This document shows, piece after piece, positions 12,375 through 25,900 of a stretch of 64,000 nucleotides of DNA. Both the position numbers and the translations under genes were made by a program. The DNA comes from the human T2T-CHM13v2.0 reference genome, Homo sapiens. The notes under the pieces were generated by a model that was not told where the DNA came from, did no database searches, and saw only the letters and a list, made by a program, of their open reading frames with translations. The number at the start of each line of letters is the position of its first letter. Position 1 is the stretch's first letter. The stretch lies in the NCBI RefSeq assembly GCF_009914755.1, contig NC_060933.1; one strand, 5' to 3'.

Positions 12375-15300
12375 CAGGGGAATGGAATGGAATGGAATGC
12401 AATGGAATGGAATCATCCGGAATGGAATGGAATGGAATGGAATGCAAAGCAATGGAATCAACTCGATTGCAATGGAATGGAATGGAATGGAAAGGAATAC
12501 ATTGGAATCAACCCGAGTGGAATGGAATGGAAAGGACTGGAATGGAGTGGAATGGAATGGAATGGAATGGAATGGAATCAACTCGATTGGAATGGAATGG
12601 AATGGAATGGAATGGAATGGAATGGAATTAACCCGAATAGAATGGAATGGAATGGAATGGAACGGAACGGAACGGAATGGAATGGAATGGAATGGAATGG
12701 AATGGAAACAACCCGACAGCAGGGGAATGGAATGGAATGGAATGGAAACAACCCGACTGCAGGGGAATGGAATGGAATGGAATGCAAAGGAATGGATTCA
12801 ACTTGAATGAAATGGAAAGAATGGAATCAACACGAGTGGAATGGCATGGATTGGAATGGAATGGAATGGAATCAACCCGAGTACAGAGGAATGGAATGGA
12901 ATGGAATGCAATGGAATGGAATCATCCGTAATGGAATGGAAAGGAATGGAATGGAATGGAATGGAATGGAATGGAATCAACTCGATTGCAATCGAACGGA
13001 ATGGAATGGAATTAACCCGAATAGAATGGAATGGAATGGAATGGAACGGAACGGAACGGAATGGAATGGATTGGAATGGAATGGAATGGAATGGAATGGA
13101 ACGGAAAGGAATGGAATGGAATGGAATGGAATGGAATGGAATGGAATGGAATCAACGCGAGTGCAGGGGAATGGAATGGAATGGAATGCAATGGAATGGA
13201 ATCTTCCGGAATGGAATGGAATGGAATGGAATGGAATGGAATGGAATGGAATAAACCCGAGTGCAATGGAATGGAGTGGAATGGAATGGAATGGAATGGA
13301 ACAACCCGAATGGAATGGAATGTAATGGAGAGTAAGGGAGTTGAATAGAATCAATCCGAATGTAATGGAATGGAATGGAACGGAGTGGAATTGAATGGAA
13401 TGGAATGGAATGGAATGGAATGGAATCAACCCGAGTTCAATGGAATGGAGAGGAATGGAATGGAATGGAATGGAAACTACCCGAATGGAATGGAATGTAA
13501 TGGAGTCTAAGGGAATTGAATAGAATCAATCCGAATGTAATGGAATGGAATGGAACGGAATGGAATGGAATGGAATGGAATGGAACGGAATGCAGTGGAA
13601 TGGAATCAACCCGAGTGTAATCGAATGGAATCGAATGGAATGGAATGCAATGGAATGGATTCAACTTGAATGGAATGGAAAGAATGGAATCAACACGAGT
13701 GGAATGGCATGGATTGGAATGTAATGGAATGGAATCAACCCGAGTACAGCGGAATGGAATGGAATGGAATGCAATGGAATGGAATCATCCGTAATGGAAT
13801 GGAAAGGAATGGAATGGAATGGAATGGAATGGAATGGAATCAACTCGATTGCAATCGAATGGAATGGAGTGGAATTAACCCGAATAGAATGGAATGGAAT
13901 GGAATGGAACGGAACGGAACGGAATGGAATGGAATGGAATGGAATGGAACGGAAAGGAAGGGAATGGGATGGAATAGAATGGAATGGAATGGAATCAACG
14001 CGAGTGCAGGGGAATGGAATGGAATGGAATGGAATGGAATGGAATGGAATGGAATGGAATCAACCCGAGTGCAATGGAATGGAGTGGAATGGAATGGAAT
14101 GGAATGGAACAACCCGAATGGAATGGAATGTAATGGAGACTAAGGGAGTTGAATAGAATCAATCCGAATGTAATGGAATGGAACGGAATGGAATGGAATG
14201 GAATGGAATGGAATGGAATGGAATGCAATGGAATGGAATCAACCCGAGTACAATGGAACGGAATGGAATGGAATGTAATGTAATGGAATGGAATGGAATG
14301 GAATGGAATGGAATGGAATGGAATGGAATGGAATCAACCCGAGTGCAATGGAATGGAGAGGAATGGAAAGGAATGGAATGGAAACTACCCGAATGGAATG
14401 GAATGTAATGGAGCGTAAGGGAATTGAATAGAATCAATCCGAATGGAATGGAATGGAATGGAACGGAATGTAATGGAATGGAATGAAATGGAATCAACCC
14501 GAGTGCAGGCGAATGGAATGGAATGGAATGCAATGGAATGGAATCATCCGGAATGGAATGGAATGGAATGCAATGGAATGGAATGGAATGGAATCAACCC
14601 GAGTGCAATGGAATGGAGTGAAATGGAATGGAATGGAATGGAAACAACCAGAATGGATTGGAATATATTGGAGTGTAAGGGAATTGAATAGAATCAATCT
14701 GAATGTAATGAAATGGAATGGAACGGAATGGAATGGAATGGAATGGAATGCAATGGAATGGTATCAACCCGAGTGCAATCGAATGGAATCGAATGGAATG
14801 GAATGCAATGGAATGGATTCAACTTGAATGGAAAGGAAAGAATGGAATCAACACGAGTGCAATGGCATGGATTGGAATGGAATGGAATGGAATCAACCCG
14901 AGTACAGGGGAATGGAATAGAATGGAATGCAATAGAATGGAATCATCAGTAATGGAATGGAAAGGAATGGAAAGGACTGGAATGGAATGGAATGGAATGG
15001 AATGGAATGGAATCAACTCGATTGCAATCGAAAGTATGGAATGGAATGGAATCAACTCGATTGCAATCGAATGGAATGGAATGGAATTAACCCGAATAGA
15101 ATGGAATGGAATGGTATGGAACGGAACGGAATGGAATGGAATGGAATGGAACGGAAAGGAATGGAATGGAATGGAATGAATGGAATGGAATGGAATGGAA
15201 TGGAATCAACGCGCGTGCAGGGGAATGGAATGGAATCGAATGGAATGGAAAGGAATGGAATGGAATCAACCCGAGTGCAGGGGAATGTAATGGAACGGAA

Positions 15301-18300
15301 TGCAATGGAATGGAATCATCCGGAATGGAATGGAATGGAATCAACCCGAGTGCAATGGAATGGAGTGGAATGGAATGGAATGGAATGGAACAACCCGAAT
15401 GGAATGGAATGTAATGGAGAGTAAGGGAGTTGAAAAGAATCAATCCGAATGTAATGGAATGGAATGGAACGGAATGGAATGGAATGGAATGGAATGCAAT
15501 GGAATGGAATCAACCCGAGTACAATGGAATGGAATGGAATGGAATGGAATGGAATGGAATGGAATGCAATGGAATGGAATCTTCCGGAATGGAATGGAAT
15601 GGAATGGAATGGAATGCAATGGATTCAACTAGATTGCAATGGAATGGAATAGAATGGAATGGAATGGAATGGAATGGAATGGAATGGAATTAAACCGAAT
15701 AGAATGGAATGGAATGGAATGGAACGGAACAGAACGGAAAGGAACGGAACGGAGTGGAATGGAATGGAATGGAATTGTATGGAATGGAATGGAATGGTAC
15801 GGAATAGAATGGAATGGAAAGAATTGGAATGGAATGGAATCGAATGGAATGGAATGGAATGGAATGGAATCAACCCGAGTGCAAGGGAGTGTAATGGAAC
15901 GGAATGCAATGGAATGGAATCATCCGGAATGGAATGGAATGGAATGGAGTGGAATGGAATGGAATGGAATGGAACAACCCGAATGGAATGGAATGGAATG
16001 GAGAGTAAGCGAGCTGAATAGAATCAATCCGAATGTAATGGAATGGAACGGAATGGAATGGAATGGAATGGAATGGAATGGAATGGAATGGAATGGAATG
16101 CAATGGAATGGAATCAACCCGAGTACAAAGGAAAGGAATGGAATGTAATGGAATGGAATGGAATGGAATGGAATGGAATGGAATGGAATGGAATCAACCC
16201 GAGTGCAATGGAATGGAGAGGAATGGAATGGAATGGAATGCAATGGAATGGAATCATCCGGAATGGAATGGAATGGAATGGAATGCAAACCAATGGAATC
16301 AACTCGATTGCAATGGAATGGAATGGAATGGAAAGGAATACATTGGAATCAACCCGAGTGGAATGGAATGGAAAGGACTGGAATGGAGTGGAATGGAATG
16401 GAATGGAATGGAATGGAATCAACTCGATTGGAATGGAATGGAATGGAATGGAATGGAATGGAATGGAATGGAATGGAATGGAATCAACCCGAGTTCAATG
16501 GAATGGAGAGGAATGGAATGGAATGGAATGGAAACTACCCGAATGGAATGGAATGTAATGGAGTCTAAGGGAATTGAATAGAATCAATCCGAATGTAATG
16601 GAATGGAATGGAACGGAATGGAATGGAATGGAATGGAATGGAATGGAATGCAGTGGAATGGAATCAACCCGAGTGCAATCGAATGGAATCGAATGGAATG
16701 GAATGCAATGGAATGGATTCAACTTGAATGGAATGGAAAGAATGGAATCAACACGAGTGGAATGGCATGGATTGGAATGGAATGGAATGGAATCAACCCG
16801 AGTACAGCGGAATGGAATGGAATGGAATGCAATGGAATGGAATCATCCATAATGGAATGGAAAGGAATGGAATGGAATGGAATGGAATGGAATGGAATCA
16901 ACTCGATTGCAATCGAATGGAATGGAGTGGAATTAACCCGAATAGAATGGAATGGAATGGAATGGAACGGAACGGAACGGAATGGAATGGAATGGAATGG
17001 AATGGAACGGAAAGGAAGGGAATGGAATGGAATAGAATGGAATGGAATGGAATCAACGCGAGTGCAGGGGAATGGAATGGAATGGAATGCAATGGAATGG
17101 AATCTTCCGGAATGGAATGGAATGGAATGGAATGGAATTGAATGGAATCAACCCGATTGCAATGGAATGGAGTGGAATGGAATGGAATGGAATGGAACAA
17201 CCCGAATGGAATGGAATGGAATGGAGAGTAAGGGAGTTGAATAGAATCAATCCGAATGTAATGGAATGGAATGGAACGGAATGGAATTGAATGGAATGGA
17301 ATGGAATGCAATGGAATGGAATCAACCCGAGTGCAATGGAATGGAGAGGAATGGAATGGAATGCAATGGAAACTACCCGAATGGAATGTAATGGAGTGTA
17401 AGGGAATTGAATAGAATCAATCCGAATGTAATGGAATGGAATGGAACGGAATGGAATGGAATGGAATGGAATGGAATGTAATGGAATGCAATGGAATGGA
17501 ATCAACCCGAGTGCAATCAAATGGAATCGAATGGAATGGAATGCAATGGAATGGATTCAACTTGAATGGAATGGAAAGAATGGAATCAACACGAGTGGAA
17601 TGGCATGGATTGGAATGGAATGGAATGGAATCAACCCGAGTACAGGGGAATGGAATGGAATGGAATGCAATGGAATGGAATCAACCGTAATGGAATGGAA
17701 AGGAATGGAATGGAATGGAATGGAATGGAATGGAATGGAATGGAATGGAATCAACTCGATTGCAATCGAATGGAATGGAATGGAATTAACCCGAATAGAA
17801 TGGAATGGAATGGAATGGAACGGAACGGAATGGAATGGAATGGAATGGAATGGAACGGAACGGAACGGAATGGAATGGAATGGAATGGAATGGAATCAAC
17901 GCGAGTGCAGGGGAATGGAATGGAATGGAATGCAATGGAATGGAATCTTCCGGAATGGAATGAAATGGAATGGAATGGAATGAAATGCAATGGATTCAAC
18001 TCGATTGCAATGGAATGGAATAGAATGGAATGGAATGGAATGGAATGGAATTAATCCGAATAGAATGGAATGGAATGCAATGGAATGGAATGGAACGGAA
18101 TGGAATGGAATGGAATGGAATAGAATGGAATTGTATGGAATGGAATGGAATGGTACGGAATAGAATGGAATGGAACGAATTGTAATGGAATGGAATTGAA
18201 TGGAATGGAATGGAACGGAATGGAATCAACGCGAGTGCAGGGGAATGTAATGGAAAGGAATGCAATGGAATGGAATCATCCGGAATGGAATGGAATGGAA

Positions 18301-19988
18301 TGGAATGGAATGGAATCAACCCGAGTGCAATGGAATGGAGTGGAATGGAATGGAATGGAATGGAACAACCAGAATGGAATGGAATGTAATGGAGAGTAAG
18401 GGAGTTGAATAGAATCAATCCGAATGTAATGGAATGGAATGCAACGGAATGGAATGGAATGGAATGGAATGGAATGGAATGCAATGGAATTGAATCAACC
18501 CGAGCACAGTGGAATGGAATGGAATGGAATGGAATGGAATGGAATGGAATGGAATGGAATGATACGGAATAGAATGGAATGGAACGAAATGGAATGGAAT
18601 TGAATGGAATGGAATGGAATGGAATGGAATGGAATCAACCCGAGTGCAGGGGAATGGAATGGAATGGAATGCAAAGGAATGGAATCATTCGGAATGGAAT
18701 GGAATGGAATGGAATGCAAAGCAATGGAATCAACTCGATTGCAATGGAATGGAATGGAATGGAAAGGAATACATTGGAATCAACCCGAGTGGAATGGAAA
18801 GGAAAGGACTGGAATGGAGTGGAATGGAATGGCATGGAATGGAATGGAATCAACTCGATTGGAATGGAATGGAATGGAATGGAATTAACCCGAATAGAAT
18901 GGAATGGAATGGAATGGAACGGAACGGAATGGAATGGAATGGAATGGAATGGAATGGAATGGAATGGAATGGAATCAACCCGACTGCAGGGGAATGGAAT
19001 GGAATGGAAGGCAATGGAATGGATTCAACTTGAATGGAATGGAAAGAATGGAATCAACACGAGTGGAATGGCATGGATTGGAATGGAATGGAATGGAATC
19101 AACCCGAGTACAGGGGAATGGAATGGAATGGAAAGCAATGGAATGGCATCATCCGTAATGGAATGGAAAGGAATGGAATGGAATGGAATGGAATGGAATG
19201 GAATGGAATGGAATGGAATCAACGCGAGTCCAGGGGAATGTAATGGAAAGGAATGCAATGGAATGGAATCATCCGGAATGGAATGGAATGGAATGGAATG
19301 GAATGGAATCAACCCGAGTGCAATGGAATGGAGTGGAATGGAATGGAATGGAATGGAACAACCAGAATGGAATGGAATGTAATGGAGAGTAAGGGAGTTG
19401 AATAGAATCAATCCGAATGTAATGCAATGGAATGCAACGGAATGGAATGGAATGGAATGGAATGGAATGCAATGGAATTGAATCAACCCGAGTACAATGG
19501 AATGGAATGGAATGGAATGGAATGGAATGGAACGGAACGGAATGGAATGGAATGGAATGGAATGGAATCAACACGAGTGCAGGGGAATGGAATGGAAAGG
19601 AATGCAATGGAATGGAATCATCCGGAATGGAATGGAATGGAATGCAATGGAATGGAATGGAATGGAATCAACCCGAGTGCAATGGAATGGAGTGAAATGG
19701 AATGGAATGGAATGGAAACAACCAGAATGGATTGGAATATAATGGAGTGTAAGGGAATTGAATAGAATCAATCTGAATGTAATGAAATGGAAAGGAACGG
19801 AATGGAATGGAATGGAATGGAATGGAATGGAATGCAATGGAATGGAATCAACCCGAGTGCAATCGAATGGAATCGAATGGAATGGAATGCAATGGAATGG
19901 ATTCAACTTGAATGGAAAGGAAAGAATGGAATCAACACGAGTGGAATGGCATGGATTGGAATGGAATGGAATGGAATCAACCCGTGTA
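12375..19988 (+). repeat. HOR unit 2 (7,614 bp)
   Basis: Same ordered markers as unit 1. Differences are mostly pentamer copy number and a few substitutions. Confidence 0.88.
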
Positions 19989-22900
19989 CAGGGGAATGGA
20001 ATGGAATGGAATGCAATGGAATGGAATCATCCGGAATGGAATGGAATGGAATGGAATGCAAAGCAATGGAATCAACTCGATTGCAATGGAATGGAATGGA
20101 ATGGAAAGGAATACATTGGAATCAACCCGAGTGGAATGGAATGGAAAGGACTGGAATGGAGTGGAATGGAATGGAATGGAATGGAATGGAATCAACTCGA
20201 TTGGAATGGAATGGAATGGAATGGAATGGAATGGAATGGAATGGAATTAACCCGAATAGAATGGAATGGAATGGAATGGAACGGAACGGAACGGAATGGA
20301 ATGGAATGGAATGGAATGGAATGGAATGGAAACAACCCGACAGCAGGGGAATGGAATGGAATGGAATGGAAACAACCCGACTGCAGGGGAATGGAATGGA
20401 ATGGAATGCAAAGGAATGGATTCAACTTGAATGAAATGGAAAGAATGGAATCAACACGAGTGGAATGGCATGGATTGGAATGGAATGGAATGGAATCAAC
20501 CCGAGTACAGAGGAATGGAATGGAATGGAATGCAATGGAATGGAATCATCCGTAATGGAATGGAAAGGAATGGAATGGAATGGAATGGAATGGAATGGAA
20601 TCAACTCGATTGCAATCGAACGGAATGGAATGGAATTAACCCGAATAGAATGGAATGGAATGGAATGGAACGGAATGGAACGGAATGGAATGGATTGGAA
20701 TGGAATGGAATGGAATGGAATGGAACGGAAAGGAATGGAATGGAATGGAATGGAATGGAATGGAATGGAATGGAATCAACGCGAGTGCAGGGGAATGGAA
20801 TGGAATGGAATGCAATGGAATGGAATCTTCCGGAATGGAATGGAATGGAATGGAATGGAATGGAATGGAATGGAATGGAATAAACCCGAGTGCAATGGAA
20901 TGGAGTGGAATGGAATGGAATGGAATGGAACAACCCGAATGGAATGGAATGTAATGGAGAGTAAGGGAGTTGAATAGAATCAATCCGAATGTAATGGAAT
21001 GGAATGGAACGGAGTGGAATTGAATGGAATGGAATGGAATGGAATGGAATGGAATCAACCCGAGTTCAATGGAATGGAGAGGAATGGAATGGAATGGAAT
21101 GGAAACTACCCGAATGGAATGGAATGTAATGGAGTCTAAGGGAATTGAATAGAATCAATCCGAATGTAATGGAATGGAATGGAACGGAATGGAATGGAAT
21201 GGAATGGAATGGAACGGAATGCAGTGGAATGGAATCAACCCGAGTGTAATCGAATGGAATCGAATGGAATGGAATGCAATGGAATGGATTCAACTTGAAT
21301 GGAATGGAAAGAATGGAATCAACACGAGTGGAATGGCATGGATTGGAATGTAATGGAATGGAATCAACCCGACTACAGCGGAATGGAATGGAATGGAATG
21401 CAATGGAATGGAATCATCCGTAATGGAATGGAAAGGAATGGAATGGAATGGAATGGAATGGAATGGAATGGAATGGAATCAACTCGATTGCAATCGAATG
21501 GAATGGAGTGGAATTAACCCGAATAGAATGGAATGGAATGGAATGGAACGGAACGGAACGGAATGGAATGGAATGGAATGGAATGGAACGGAAAGGAAGG
21601 GAATGGGATGGAATAGAATGGAATGGAATGGAATCAACGCGAGTGCAGGGGAATGGAATGGAATGGAATGGAATGGAATGGAATGGAATGGAATGGAATC
21701 AACCCGAGTGCAATGGAATGGAGTGGAATGGAATGGAATGGAATGGAACAACCCGAATGGAATGGAATGTAATGGAGACTAAGGGAGTTGAATAGAATCA
21801 ATCCGAATGTAATGGAATGGAACGGAATGGAATGGAATGGAATGGAACGGAATGGAATGGAATGCAATGGAATGGAATCAACCCGAGTACAATGGAACGG
21901 AATGGAATGGAATGGAATGTAATGGAATGGAATGGAATGGAATGGAATGGAATGGAATGGAATGGAATCAACCCGAGTGCAATGGAATGGAGAGGAATGG
22001 AATGGAATGGAATGGAAACTACCCGAATGGAATGGAATGTAATGGAGCGTAAGGGAATTGAATAGAATCAATCCGAATGGAATGGAATGGAATGGAACGG
22101 AATGTAATGGAATGGAATGAAATGGAATCAACCCGAGTGCAGGCGAATGGAATGGAATGGAATGCAATGGAATGGAATCATCCGGAATGGAATGGAATGG
22201 AATGCAATGGAATGGAATGGAATGGAATCAACCCGAGTGCAATGGAATGGAGTGAAATGGAATGGAATGGAATGGAAACAACCAGAATGGATTGGAATAT
22301 ATTGGAGTGTAAGGGAATTCAATAGAATCAATCTGAATGTAATGAAATGGAATGGAACGGAATGGAATGGAATGGAATGGAATGCAATGGAATGGTATCA
22401 ACCCGAGTGCAATCGAATGGAATCGAATGGAATGGAATGCAATGGAATGGATTCAACTTGAATGGAAAGGAAAGAATGGAATCAACACGAGTGTAATGGC
22501 ATGGATTGGAATGGAATGGAATGGAATCAACCCGAGTACAGGGGAATGGAATAGAATGGAATGCAATAGAATGGAATCATCAGTAATGGAATGGAAAGGA
22601 ATGCAAAGGACTGGAATGGAATGGAATGGAATGGAATGGAATGGAATCAACTCGATTGCAATCGAAAGTATGGAATGGAATGGAATCAACTCGATTGCAA
22701 TCGAATGGAATGGAATGGAATTAACCCGAATAGAATGGAATGGAATGGTATGGAACGGAACGGAATGGAATGGAATGGAATGGAACGGAAAGGAATGGAA
22801 TGGAATGGAATGAATGGAATGGAATGGAATGGAATGGAATCAACGCGCGTGCAGGGGAATGGAATGGAATCGAATGGAATGGAAAGGAATGGAATGGAAT

Positions 22901-25900
22901 CAACCCGAGTGCAGGGGAATGTAATGGAACGGAATGCAATGGAATGGAATCATCCGGAATGGAATGGAATGGAATCAACCCGAGTGCAATGGAATGGAGT
23001 GGAATGGAATGGAATGGAATGGAACAACCCGAATGGAATGGAATGTAATGGAGAGTAAGGGAGTTGAAAAGAATCAATCCGAATGTAATGGAATGGAATG
23101 GAACGGAATGGAATGGAATGGAATGGAATGCAATGGAATGGAATCAACCCGAGTACAATGGAATCGAATGGAATGGAATGGAATGGAATGGAATGGAATG
23201 CAATGGAATGGAATCTTCCGGAATGGAATGGAATGGAATGGAATGGAATGCAATGGATTCAACTAGATTGCAATGGAATGGAATAGAATGGAATGGAATG
23301 GAATGGAATGGAATGGAATGGAATTAAACCGAATAGAATGGAATGGAATGGAATGGAACGGAACAGAACGGAAAGGAACGGAACGGAGTGGAATGGAATG
23401 GAATGGAATTGTATGGAATGGAATGGAATGGTACGGAATAGAATGGAATGGAAAGAATTGGAATGGAATGGAATCGAATGGAATGGAATGGAATGGAATG
23501 GAATCAACCCGAGTGCAAGGGAGTGTAATGGAACGGAATGCAATGGAATGGAATCATCCGGAATGGAATGGAATGGAATGGAGTGGAATGGAATGGAATG
23601 GAATGGAACAACCCGAATGGAATGGAATGGAATGGAGAGTAAGCGAGCTGAATAGAATCAATCCGAATGTAATGGAATGGAACGGAATGGAATGGAATGG
23701 AATGGAATGGAATGGAATGGAATGGAATGGAATGGAATGCAATGGAATGGAATCAACCCGAGTACAAAGGAAAGGAATGGAATGTAATGGAATGGAATGG
23801 AATGGAATGGAATGGAATGGAATGGAATGCAATCAACCCGAGTGCAATGGAATGGAGAGGAATGGAATGGAATGGAATGCAATGGAATGGAATCATCCGG
23901 AATGGAATGGAATGGAATGGAATGCAAACCAATGGAATCAACTCGATTGCAATGGAATGGAATGGAATGGAAAGGAATACATTGGAATCAACCCGAGTGG
24001 AATGGAATGGAAAGGACTGGAATGGAGTGGAATGGAATGGAATGGAATGGAATGGAATCAACTCGATTGGAATGGAATGGAATGGAATGGAATGGAATGG
24101 AATGGAATGGAATCAACCCGAGTTCAATGGAATGGAGAGGAATGGAATGGAATGGAATGGAAACTACCCGAATGGAATGGAATGTAATGGAGTCTAAGGG
24201 AATTGAATAGAATCAATCCGAATGTAATGGAATGGAATGGAACGGAATGGAATGGAATGGAATGGAATGGAACGGAATGCAGTGGAATGGAATCAACCCG
24301 AGTGTAATCGAATGGAATCGAATGGAATGGAATGCAATGGAATGGATTCAACTTGAATGGAATGGAAAGAATGGAATCAACACGAGTGGAATGGCATGGA
24401 TTGGAATGTAATGGAATGGAATCAACCCGAGTACAGCGGAATGGAATGGAATGGAATGCAATGGAATGGAATCATCCGTAATGGAATGGAAAGGAATGGA
24501 ATGGAATGGAATGGAATGGAATGGAATCAACTCGATTGCAATCGAATGGAATGGAGTGGAATTAACCCGAATAGAATGGAATGGAATGGAATGGAACGGA
24601 ACGGAACGGAATGGAATGGAATGGAATGGAATGGAACGGAAAGGAAGGGAATGGGATGGAATAGAATGGAATGGAATGGAATCAACGCGAGTGCAGGGGA
24701 ATGGAATGGAATGGAATGGAATGGAATGGAATGGAATGGAATGGAATCAACCCGAGTGCAATGGAATGGAGTGGAATGGAATGGAATGGAATGGAACAAC
24801 CCGAATGGAATGGAATGTAATGGAGACTAAGGGAGTTGAATAGAATCAATCCGAATGTAATGGAATGGAACGGAATGGAATGGAATGGAATGGAATGGAA
24901 TGGAATGGAATGCAATGGAATGGAATCAACCCGAGTACAATGGAACGGAATGGAATGGAATGTAATGTAATGGAATGGAATGGAATGGAATGGAATGGAA
25001 TGGAATGGAATGGAATCAACCCGAGTGCAATGGAATGGAGAGGAATGGAATGGAATGGAATGGAAACTACCCGAATGGAATGGAATGTAATGGAGCGTAA
25101 GGGAATTGAATAGAATCAATCCGAATGGAATGGAATGGAATGGAACGGAATGTAATGGAATGGAATGAAATGGAATCAACCCGAGTGCAGGCGAATGGAA
25201 TGGAATGGAATGCAATGGAATGGAATCATCCGGAATGGAATGGAATGGAATGCAATGGAATGGAATGGAATGGAATCAACCCGAGTGCAATGGAATGGAG
25301 TGAAATGGAATGGAATGGAATGGAAACAACCAGAATGGATTGGAATATATTGGAGTGTAAGGGAATTGAATAGAATCAATCTGAATGTAATGAAATGGAA
25401 TGGAACGGAATGGAATGGAATGGAATGGAATGCAATGGAATGGTATCAACCCGAGTGCAATCGAATGGAATCGAATGGAATGGAATGCAATGGAATGGAT
25501 TCAACTTGAATGGAAAGGAAAGAATGGAATCAACACGAGTGCAATGGCATGGATTGGAATGGAATGGAATGGAATCAACCCGAGTACAGGGGAATGGAAT
25601 AGAATGGAATGCAATAGAATGGAATCATCAGTAATGGAATGGAAAGGAATGGAAAGGACTGGAATGGAATGGAATGGAATGGAATGGAATGGAATCAACT
25701 CGATTGCAATCGAAAGTATGGAATGGAATGGAATCAACTCGATTGCAATCGAATGGAATGGAATGGAATTAACCCGAATAGAATGGAATGGAATGGTATG
25801 GAACGGAACGGAATGGAATGGAATGGAATGGAACGGAAAGGAATGGAATGGAATGGAATGAATGGAATGGAATGGAATGGAATGGAATCAACGCGCGTGC

